Below are positions 12,051 to 22,572 of a DNA stretch of 64,000 nt, in pieces. Source of the DNA: Selaginella moellendorffii (taxonomy: Eukaryota > Plantae > Lycopodiophyta); the NCBI RefSeq assembly GCF_000143415.4, contig NW_003314300.1, positions 961,898-1,025,897 of the forward strand. Reading direction: 5' to 3'. The position numbers and the translations under genes are program-made. The notes under the pieces are model-generated. The model was not told where the DNA came from. It did no database searches and saw only the letters and a list, made by a program, of their open reading frames with translations. Position 1 is the first letter of the stretch, and each line of letters starts with the position of its first letter.

Positions 12051-14296
12051 GCGAACATTCTTCCATCTCCTCCTGGCACACCTCCTGCTCCAACGACTAG
12101 CGACAACAGCGGCGGCGGCAGTAGCTCGATTACCGCTGGCGCGATTGTGGGGATTGCCGTGGCCGGGATTTTGATCTTGATCGTGCTCGCGCTGGTGGTT
12201 TGCTGCCTCCGAAGGAAGTCCAAGAGGAAGTATAAACGAGATGACCACGCGTATGGATCAGGGCAATGCAAAGCTGGTAAAGTTTCTTCCTCTCTCTTTT
12301 GCTTGCGTGCTTTTCTTCATCTTTGGTTTTAGCTATCTCAAGCTATCTCTTTTTGCTTGAGTGCTTTGCTTCTTAATAATGTTCGCCAGCTTTAGGGAAT
12401 GCAGGCGACATGAATTCTAAAAGTTTTCTTGCGTCTTCCAGAGATGCATGAAGCCGGCAGGACACCAAGACCAGATCATTATGACCACAAGCCTCCTCCG
12501 CCACCACCGCCGCCGCCGCCTCACTATAATTACGCGTATGGGTCTCCAGTTCCGCCACCACCTCCGCCGCCACCACCGCACTACAGTAATTCGGGAAGAC
12601 AGGATTCCTGGGGGCAACCACCACCGCCCGGTATGAGCCCGAGCATGGGTAGCTCCAGGTCGTTGTTCACGCAACCACCACCGCCCGGTATGAGCCCGAT
12701 CATCGGTAGCTCCAGGTCGTTGTTCACGCAACCACCACCGCCCGGTATGAGCCCGAGCATGGGTAGCTCCAGGTCGTTGTTCACTTACGAGGAACTTGAG
12801 GCAGCGACTGCTGGATTCTCCAGGGCCAATCTTCTCGGCGAGGGTGGGTTTGGATGTGTATACAAGGGATTTCTCCATGGTGGTCAAGTTGTAGCTGTGA
12901 AGCAGCTTAGAGATGGAAGCAGGCAAGGAGAGCGTGAGTTTCGAGCTGAGGTTGAGATTATTAGCAGAGTTCATCACAGGCATCTGGTTTCGCTGGTTGG
13001 ATACTGCATTGAGGATGCTCAGAGGCTGCTGGTTTACGATTTCGTGCCGAATGGAACGCTGGAGCATCACCTGCACGGTACAAGTTTTTGTCCGTGTTTT
13101 TCCTTGTTCTCAGTCTCGTTTTCTCTCTTGTTTTTTCAGGTGAAGGTAGAACCGTGATGGATTGGCCAACGAGATTGAAAATAGCTTCTGGTTCTGCTCG
13201 TGGACTAGCATATCTTCATGAAGACTGTAAGATCTCTATCTCTCCGTTGGAACTTAATCTAAAAGTCATTCGTTCTTGCAGGCCATCCTCGAATCATTCA
13301 TCGGGACATAAAGTCGTCTAACATTCTTTTGGATAACAATTTTGACGCTCAGGTTTGTTGTTACATATTTGCTCACTTTCTTTCAATTGTAACGCTTGTC
13401 CATTACAGGTCTCTGACTTTGGGCTTGCGAAGCTCGCTTCTGACACTTACACACACGTCACTACTCGAGTTATGGGAACCTTCGGGTAAGGACATAACCA
13501 ACCAAATATATCAGTTTCCCATATGAATTTTTCAAACTTCCAGGTACCTTGCGCCTGAGTACGCCTCCACAGGAAAACTGACGGAGAAGTCAGACGTGTA
13601 CTCCTTTGGAGTCGTCCTACTGGAACTTATAACGGGAAGGAGGCCTGTAGATACCACGCAACCTGTGGGAAAAGACAGCTTGGTCGAATGGGTGAGTCTT
13701 TGCAAAACCTCATCCTTGGACATGCTAAAACTTATTGCCTCTTTCAGGCTCGACCATACCTCATGCAGGCTATCGAGAATGGCGACCTCGGTGGCGTAGT
13801 CGACGAAAGACTAGCAAACTACAACGAGAACGAGATGCTACGAATGGTCGAGGCAGCTGCAGCCTGCGTTCGACACTCAGCCAGAGAACGCCCAAGGATG
13901 GCAGAGGTTTGTTTGCATCTTTTGTTTTCTCGAGCAACCACTAAACTCCTTGCATTTTTCTTTCAGGTTGTCCCCGCTCTAAAAAGCGATATCTCCGACC
14001 TCAACCAAGGAGTAAAGCCAGGCCACAACTCGAACTTCACGAGTGCGGACTACAATAGCAACCAATACGTCTCAGACATGAAAAGGTTCCAAAAGGTGGT
14101 GTTTGGAAGCCAAGAACACGGGAGCTCCGAACACAGTGGCCCGCCGACGAGCGATCCCTCGGTGTCGAGCAGTGAAGGGATGAGCAGCATGGAGATGGAG
14201 AGGCGGCGGGCTGGGTTGCTTTGGAGCTCGGACACGACGAGTTCCAGTGAGATCAATGCCAACACCAACAGCAGTAATCGTCTCAATGGCCGGTAA
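11361..14296 (+). CDS. PERK: PERK-family proline-rich receptor-like kinase, copy A (multi-exon; acidic Gly/Asp/Ser/Pro repeat ectodomain)
   Basis: No signal peptide; TM segment [22 protein letters not shown]; kinase motifs [41 protein letters not shown] introns restore the frame (first intron 12277-12441). Confidence 0.9.
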
Positions 14297-14379
14297 AATT
14301 TCGAGAAGAAATATCACAGGGAAGAAGAGAATATTTTTTTAAGTTACTACGTTGTCTCGTTTGTATAATATATTTGATC

Positions 14380-15000
14380 GATGCTTGGCCGCGATGGCCG
14401 GGCTTGTGTGCCTCGGTTATTTGCAAGGCTGGGGAGAAGAAAGCGCCCGCGCGGTTCATCCAGAAGCAGCAGATGATCTCCAGCCGCGAGGCAGCGGCCG
14501 AGGCGGATTATGGCAATCAGCCATCCCTCGGCTCTCGATCGGTGAGTTTCTTGGAGCTGGGAAGGGATTTCGGCTGAGGTTTTCGTTCTAGATCATGTGA
14601 CTGTGAGCTTTGCGAGGAGTGGATGTGCTGGCGGCCAAAATGTGAACAAAGGTGTGATTTTTTTGGTGTTTGGGACTTTGGTGATCAACTTTTTTTTTTC
14701 TTGTTCGACAGTGAACATGAAAGTGGACATGCGATTCAATGTGATGAACGCGCATTGGCTCTCTCTCCAAGTGAGGAACAAGCTGCTTCAAACAGTTTGT
14801 CACGATCTTTGAAATGTGAGACGTCTAGTAGTTTGGAATGAGTTTTTCTATACTAATTCCACGGTTTTGTGAACAGGAGAAGAACCGGATCAACAGCAAC
14901 AGGTGAATTGGTCATTTCAAGGAAACGTCGATGATGCTCTAGCTAACGTTTGTTTTCATCGTGCTTTGTTTCTTCAGTAGCTAACGTTTGTTTCTTCTCC
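14380..15000 (+). pseudogene. Truncated ICT1/ArfB-type peptidyl-tRNA hydrolase pseudogene
   Basis: Homologous to 24402-25125 but lacks the start region, has GCAGGQ for GGAGGQ, a +1 insertion near 14901, an internal deletion and no 3' exons. Confidence 0.85.
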
Positions 15001-15089
15001 CAAGGTTTCTTCCGCGATGGATATCTTTCAAAAATTGTTGGAGTTTCTTGATTACCTCTATAGGGAATTTGGCATTAATGCCCGTGGCT

Positions 15090-15795
15090 CAGAACATCTG
15101 ATTTGGTTCCACAATGATAAAAGTTTTTAGAACACTTCTTCACAGATGACTCCTTTGCTATGATCATGCAAAAGTATCCAGCTTGGGATGGTGAGCTAAC
15201 CATCTTCTATAAATCTTTTCTTTTGAGTGTTTTCCAGGTACATAGACTCAGGTTTATGTGAGAGCGTGAGAATGTGATCCAAACTTCTTGATCGAGAAGG
15301 CTGCGATCGATCATCCGCAGGGGATTGCTGTGCGTAGCAATGGAGTTGAGACGAAAAGCAAGCTGGAAAGTAAAACCAAGCTTCAGAAGGGACGCAAGCG
15401 ATCTGGAAGACACTATTTTGCTCATTTTTGCAGAGGGGACTTGCGTGAACAAGGAGGACAATGTGATGTTCAAGCAGGTTCTTGATTTCGTAGTTTCTCC
15501 AGGCAGTTCTTATTTCCTTGCACTCAATTCTGCAGATTGCATTCGAACTGGATTTCACTGTATGCCCCACAAGATAATTGTCCACGCTAAGTCTATACTT
15601 TTCATCTTGATTGACTTTAAGTTTTTTTTCCCTGTTTAGCTGAGGCTGGTATTTGTTTGAGATGTCTGGTATGTGACCCACAAACAAACGATGCACCAAT
15701 AGGATTCTCAGAGAAGCATGCAAAGAGCACATAACTTTATATTTATATTCTTTTTAGAGTTTGCAATAGCGAAACAAGCTAAAGTTATGAAAGTT
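15090..15795. repeat. Unknown ~700-bp sequence, copy 2 of 3
   Basis: Aligns to 9830-10560 and lies just after the end of duplication unit 1. Confidence 0.8.
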
Positions 15796-16331
15796 AAAGT
15801 GATCATTCATTGATTGTTTTGTATTTGCTCCTTTGAGCACTTTATTGAGATTTTCACTCTTGCTTTTGACTTTCCAAGTTGGAGTTTTTAGTCCAAACAT
15901 GTCATGCTCGTTAGACTTTTGATTCAACCATTATTATATGGCACACCTTTGGCTTTACTTTGGGTATCAGGTGTCTTATATGTTGTTCCCATGTTTAAAT
16001 TCACAATCTAACATCATTTTATATTTAATAAATTTTTATGATTGTCCCAAAGACTAACTCTTAGGACTAAAGTGAGGGGTAAAATAGTGTGTAGGTCAAG
16101 CATGGCTAATCAATTTAAAACATAGTTTAGCTCTTGTTTGTATGCTTATTTTTGTTTTACATCTGTGTTAGGTTTATACTATGCTAGCTTATGAAGTGCT
16201 TATATCCTTGCATTAGTCCACTAATATACTAAAATAATATTAAACTCCATTTGATTATGTTTTGTGTGCTAGTCATGGCATTGGGATGCTGGAAACTCTA
16301 GGATTGTACCAATTGTCTATGTCCTATTCAT

Positions 16332-16431
16332 NNNNNNNNNNNNNNNNNNNNNNNNNNNNNNNNNNNNNNNNNNNNNNNNNNNNNNNNNNNNNNNNNNNNN
16401 NNNNNNNNNNNNNNNNNNNNNNNNNNNNNNN
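16332..16431. other. 100-N assembly gap (others at 31189-31288, 36402-36501, 45532-45631, 62630-62729)
   Basis: Runs of exactly 100 N. Confidence 0.99.
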
Positions 16432-18617
16432 CAAGTGTTGGCTCCATCTTTCGTTCCACTCTGTTACTTTTGGCTCACTTATTCAAAAGTTTAGATTCCG
16501 CTCTATAATTATCTTATAATAAATCACTATATAATAAAGGGTGAAACCACGTGTGCTAGAAGGTATGAAACACCTCTATTGGATAACTTGTCAAGGGGCT
16601 CTGATCTTTGTTCCAACCATATCTTAGCCTCATAAGCATTCCAAAACCATTTGCACCTATCATCAATAAGAAAGCCTTTAACCTAGCTAATCCAAAAAAA
16701 TAAAAGACAATTGATCTTGTAAAAAATGGAGCAATGGCTTACTTGCTTTTATATGATCTACTAATTTTAAAATAGATCAATTTGCCTGCCATACCACACT
16801 GAATACAAAAGATAATTTTGCCCCATTTTCTACCACAAGCAACACAAACCTTATACCCAAGTTATCCAATGTTTGTAACAATCTCTTTTAAATCCAAACT
16901 CACATCTATAGACATATTGTAATTGTAGGCTTCTGAAGTCTATTTGCTTGCTTTAGATACCATGATCAAGGCTTGGACTTTCTATACATAAATTTTATAG
17001 TTTTATAAGAGTGACTTAAGTAATTGCCCTATAAAACTAAAGCTCTATAAGCAAAAGAATCAATCTCTCACAATGCATCTTTCATAGTCCATATCCATTT
17101 GCATAAAAAAGACTAAAGCAAAACAAATGTTGCTAGCAAAATATTATAAATTTCAGAGTATATATTTTTCATATGTAATACTATTCATTGCCTAGCATAA
17201 GCTTCTTAGTTGGCAAAGTTTATTTGATCCATATATTATCAATAATCTCTTACTAGATCTCTAGGGTAGCATTTGAATCCACACAGCTTTTCTACCACTA
17301 ATTGTGATGTTCAGGCTCTGCATATAGCAAATATTAAGTTTGGAGGAAATGCCTTTAAAACTATAAAACACATCATGATATCCTCACAACCTACATTGTC
17401 ACCATTTGCAACATCTCACTATTGTCCATTCCAAGCAACTTGCATATAAGGGGCAAACTTTGCCCCAATATCCTTCCAAATCAAAGTTGTAAGATGACTA
17501 TGAATGATCTGATGACTTTTACAATCAATTATATGTTCACATCCTGATAAATTACAAATTAGATATTGAGTTTGAGCTGGAGCAAGTAAACTAAAGATTA
17601 TGAGTTTAGCCAAGAGTTAAAAGCATATATATGCTCGGGACTCTTTCTCCTGCCATGAAGTGCTGATATTAAGCTTAAGAACTATGTCATAGAAGCTCAA
17701 CTTGAGGCAGCAAGTAGAAAACACAATGTGGTTATTCATGGAGGCAATTGGCAAAAGAAAGTGCAATAATAACATGCCCAGCTTGCTTAAGACTGGACAA
17801 TATTTTAGCTAGAGCTAACAATCTTGTTTACTGTCCCACTACCAAGAAATTCCCAGTTCAAACATTGACCTTAAGCTCATATGGAGATTGACATGTACCT
17901 TTGGAATCTGATCACCAACTTTGTTTAGCACTCTTCACAAGCCAACACCTTAATGCATTTTTGTGTGGTCAAAATTTAAATTTTAATTCACAACTTTGTT
18001 TGCAAATCCATGGAGCACCATCAATCTTGCATGAATCCCCATGCCTAAATCAAGAACTTTAACCTTCAGTCCAAGCCATCGAGAATTGAGGGAGTGGCCC
18101 TATTTAGTGGGAGTGGAATTAAGATTGAGGAAGCAAAAAGTGCCATTTTGACTCTTGCCCAAATGTGCATGTCACATGTGTCAAATTTCTCACAACACAA
18201 CAATCATTGGCCAAAACAAAACCTTATCAAAATATTTTAATAAGACATGGTTAAAGAAATAACTTTTTGACAAAGTACCCCTCCATCCAATGGCTGCCAT
18301 TTAGATGTAATGGCCTGAAAAGTTGGGCAACTCATCTCTCTTTAGTGCCAGGTATAAGAAGTATTTATTAGTTAAACTAACTATAATTTCCACATACTAA
18401 TTATTGCCAACATTTTTGGTTTGCTTAAGCATAAGGGGAGTGAGTGGATATACATAAATAATTTATAAATTTTTCTTAGTATATTCTTGTTTATTCTACC
18501 ATCAAATGGAATTAATCTTTTTTTATAAATTATAAACATGTTTATAATTATAAACTTCAATTTGATTAATTATATTAATAAATACAAATTATTAAAATAA
18601 AAATTTATTATTAAAAT

Positions 18618-19553
18618 CTATATTTCATATTGTACGAGAAACTTTTTAAAAGAAATAAGGCATTGTATGATAAAACGTCTAGAATCCTTAACAAACAATG
18701 CATCTGAAGGGTCGGCACAGAGAAACTTTTTGGAACGGAATTTCTTCACCTTAGTGATAAATGTAGGCCTTTTACCTTCTTTGACGCAATCAGCCAAAGT
18801 TTTTCTCATGCTGATGAGATAAAACCAAGGAAGAGTTCCCACAAAAACGATTCCAGGAAATACAATACCTTCCAGTGGTACATGTAGGTCATAGAGCTCA
18901 TGTAGCCTTTCATTATCTTGTATTGCAGCTATGGATTCTGCCATGAGTTGAGCTTCAGGATTATCTTGAAGATGATCAGAGGTTATGTCTTCATCAGAGG
19001 TTTTGTCTTCAGTAGCTACCATGATCTTTACCATGGTCACTTCATCTTCCACACACAAATCTGAACTTACTTCCTTTTGGCCGTCTAACATCTGCAGTGG
19101 AATGGTGACCCTAGTCCTTATAGAGGAACCATTCCTGTCATAATCTAAGAACTCCAACAACCTCTTACCCACATCGATGGCACAAGACTCACGTCTCCGG
19201 TGAGCTCTATTGGCAGAGATGATGTCCTTCACAAGTAATTCTACAACACGAGACCTAAATGAGATCTCTGCACTAGATGAGCTCAAGTAAACGTCTATAA
19301 GATCCAGATCTAAAAACTCTTGAACCTGCAAAGACAGTGCATGGTGGTTCACCAAAGAATTCCTCGAAGGACCTAACTTGCGTGATCTCGAATTTAAAGA
19401 AACCCAATTCCCTGTCGACCCAAGAAGATCCCACTTCCCTGTGAGCCCGAGAAGATCCCACTTCCCTGTCAGCCCGAGAAGTTCCCACTTCCTTGCCATA
19501 GGGTTCCTTTCAGACTCTTTCCTCTTCCTCTTTGCCATAGGGTTCTTTGCCAT
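18618..19553 (-). CDS. Intronless 311-aa protein with a putative PD-(D/E)XK restriction-endonuclease-like domain (fungal/Crinkler-REase-like), copy 2
   Basis: Open ORF from the ATG at 19553. Motif series RESCAIDVG..LLEFLDYD, IRTR..IPLQM, SSDLCV, MVATEDK, NPEAQLMAESIAA.Q.N, FPGIVFVGT.P.FY, DSRRFIIQCLISFKKF. Family assignment is recalled, not searched. Confidence 0.6.
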   Translation of the reverse strand: MAKNPMAKRKRKESERNPMARKWELLGLTGKWDLLGLTGKWDLLGSTGNWVSLNSRSRKLGPSRNSLVNHHALSLQVQEFLDLDLIDVYLSSSSAEISFRSRVVELLVKDIISANRAHRRRESCAIDVGKRLLEFLDYDRNGSSIRTRVTIPLQMLDGQKEVSSDLCVEDEVTMVKIMVATEDKTSDEDITSDHLQDNPEAQLMAESIAAIQDNERLHELYDLHVPLEGIVFPGIVFVGTLPWFYLISMRKTLADCVKEGKRPTFITKVKKFRSKKFLCADPSDALFVKDSRRFIIQCLISFKKFLVQYEI

Positions 19554-19839
19554 AGGGTTCCTTTCAGGGTTGACACGTTTTATACGTGGCAAGGGCAATT
19601 TCTTTTTTAGGCACAAAATCTGCACTCCTTTTGCGGAGGTGGTGTTTCGCCTGAGTCTGTCAATCGAGGGGAACTGAACCCCCTTCAATGCTGCAGCTTT
19701 ACGTCCCAGCGAGGGATTCTCAATCGAATGCCGTGTGAAATATTCTCACCTGGCACTTGCCCACTCAGGGCAACTGTAGCGCTTGTTTGGCGGAAAACCA
19801 ACTCAGAAATCTCTTAGCACTCTCAGGCTGGCAAAGTTT

Positions 19840-20590
19840 CGTTAATGCAGAACATTTGATGTGGTTCCACAATGATAAAAGTTTTTAGAACACTCTTCAC
19901 GGATGACTCCCTTTTCTATGATCATGCAAAAGTATCCAGCTTGGGATGGTGTCTTCTATAAATCTTCTCTTTTGAGTGTTTTCTAAGTACATAAACTCAG
20001 GTTTATGTGAGACCGCGACAATTTGTACCAAGCTTCTTGGTCGAGAAAAGCAGTGGAAGGCTGTGATTGATCATCCGCAGGCGTAGCAATGGATTTGAAA
20101 CGAAAAGCAAGCTGGAAAGTAAAACCAAGCTTCGGAAGGGACACAAGCGATCCGGAAAGCACTATTTTGCTCATTTTTGCAGAGGGGACTTGCGTAAACA
20201 AGGAGGACATTGTGATGTTCAAGCAGGTTCTTGACTTCGTAGTTTCTCCAGGCAGTTCTTATTTCCTTGCGCTCGATTCTGCAGATTGCATTCGAACTGG
20301 ATTTCACTGTCTGCCCCGTTGCTCTCAAAGTAAAACAAGATAATTGTCCACGCTAAGTCTATACTTTTCATCTCGATTGACTTTAAGCTTTTTTTTTCGT
20401 TTAGCTGAGGCTGATGACATCCTGGGTAGTCGTTTGCGATGTCTGGTATGTGGAGCCACAAACAAACGATGCACCAATAGGATTCTCGGAGAAGCATGCA
20501 AAGAGAACTCTTCTTCGACATAACTTTATATTTATATTCCTTTCAGAGTCTGCGATAGCGAAACGAGCTAAAGTTACGAAAGTCGCTTTG
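19840..20590. repeat. Unknown ~700-bp sequence, copy 3 of 3
   Basis: Aligns to 9830-10560. Confidence 0.8.
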
Positions 20591-21747
20591 AAATACTAAC
20601 GTCCAAGCTCGAAACTCACAGAAGAAGAATAACAACTCAACGTGGTGCCATTGGAAAATGTAAGATTCTTGCTTTGTTTTGTCGAAGTTTTGCGTGGAAA
20701 GCCTGTAGCTTACGCGTTTTTCCTCCACGGGCCAGAGAAACTCCCCTAGATCATGCTAAGAAGATTAAGAACAAAGACAAATCCATGGAATGATCGACGG
20801 GGTACTTTTTATTGCGTTTTTTTTTTGTTTCGATGAAAGAAGAAAAAATCTCCGCTCCTCTCATGTGCAATAATGGGCCGGCTTGGACCATTGAAATGGG
20901 AGATCATGAGCGCGTATTAAGAGAAGTAGCTCTCCAACTTATAGTGGTGGTGGTCACTGTTCTTCACGCGAGCTTGCGACGTTTGTGTGTTTGTTCTCGT
21001 AGCAGTGGATCGCGACACATGTGTCAAGGACCGTTTGATAATGGGGAATCGAAATGGTGACGGCCTTGTCGTGTTGTCCCATGGCCACTGTGGCCCAACC
21101 TCTTCGTACAACGCGCAAGAATGCCACCGTACGGCCTTGCTAAGCCAACTAAATAACAGGCGCTTGTAAGAAAAAAAAAAATTTTTGTTCCTGACATGAC
21201 ATGGACGAATCGTAGCTAGTTATTGTTTTCTTTTGTGGCCTGCAAGGTCAGTGGATGCCAGCCGGTGCTTGCCACGTGGCCGCTATGTCCACGTCATGCG
21301 GCCCGCCCGGCATTATGGCTTCCCTGGTTTGCAAGGCAATCTAGTTCGCTGGAATGTGACGCGCTAGTCCTGTCACCAAAAAGTAAGAGTCTGGGATGCA
21401 TATTCCGTCTGCCAGGTGGCAAGCAGCGTCAATTCTGCCGTGTGCTAACCATGGCGGCTGGCTGCATGAGAGGGAAATCAAGCCGGCTTTGCTGAGGAGC
21501 TCTTCGTCGCCACTAGGGCTAGAGGCGACTAGAGATAGGGCGACGATCGATTCCTCCCCTTTCCACGCATAGATGGATCGATCGGGCGCTCTGGTAGGTA
21601 TCACGCGGATCTGATCTAGGCTAGATCGTACATTTGCGGGGAAGGGACAGGGATTGCGATCGATCGATCGTTCTGTGACCGAAATATCGCGGCTAGAACA
21701 GGCTATTTGCAGGGTCGCAAAGAAATTCTAGCACAGGGGCAGCAAGA

Positions 21748-22541
21748 ATGTCTGCGCCAGCGCCGAGTCCTCCAGCCGGGGGAGGAGGAGGAGCTCCACC
21801 GCCGGCTGTTCCATCGGCTCCAGCTCCAGTGCCGCCAGCCTCACCTCCTCCTCCAGTAGCTCCCGTTGTTCCTTCCTCTCCGCCTCCTACTACTGGTCCT
21901 CCAGTCGTTTTACCACAGCCTGTGGTTCCATCTCCTCCTCCTCCTCCTGTTCTTCCTGGCACACCTCCTGCTCCTCCGGCCTCTCCTCCGCCGGCTATAG
22001 TCAATCCTCCGCAAAATCCAGCTCCAGGCACTCCATCCGCGCCAACACCGCCCATTCCATCAACGCCAACGCCTCCTTCTCGAGGATCTCCTCCGAGAAC
22101 ACCAAGTACTGGCAATGGTGGTGGAAACCCAGCGACTAGCGATAGCGGCGGCGGCGGCGGCAATAGCCCGATTACCACTGGCGCGATTGTGGGGATTGCC
22201 GCGGCCGGGATTTTGATCTTGATCGTGCTCGCGCTGGTGGTTTGCTGCCTCCGAAGGAAGCCCAAGAGGAAGTATAGACGAGATGACCACGAGTATGGAT
22301 CCGGGCAATACAAAGCTGGTAAAGTTTCTTCCTCTCTCTTTTGCTTGCGTGCTTTTCTTCATCTTTGTTTTTCAAGCTATCTCTTTTTGCATGAGTGCTT
22401 TTCTTCTTGATAATGTTCCACTCGGCTTTTGCGAGCTTTAGGGAATGCAGGCGACATGTTCTAAAAGTTTTCTTGCGTGTTCCAGAGATGTATGAAGCTG
22501 GCAGGAGACCAAGACCAGATCATTATGGCCACAAGCCTCCT

Positions 22542-22572
<31 letters not shown>

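Larger units (their letters stand above)
3149..15000 (+). repeat. Segmental duplication unit 1 (includes the 5-kb LTR insertion)
   Basis: Homology to unit 2 starts at TTTGACAAA(A/G)TACCCCTCCATCC (3149 vs 18266) and runs through the nuclease-like gene, PERK and the ICT1/ArfB fragment. Confidence 0.9.

Noticed and set aside
11294-12271. Long antisense and alternate-frame ORFs over the PERK A repeat
   Set aside because: A stop-free GC-rich minisatellite is open in several frames; only the + frame from 11361 connects to the TM and kinase.
16450-18250. Possible decayed hAT transposase on the minus strand (…LIWKDIGAK…)
   Set aside because: Similarity too weak to support without a profile search.
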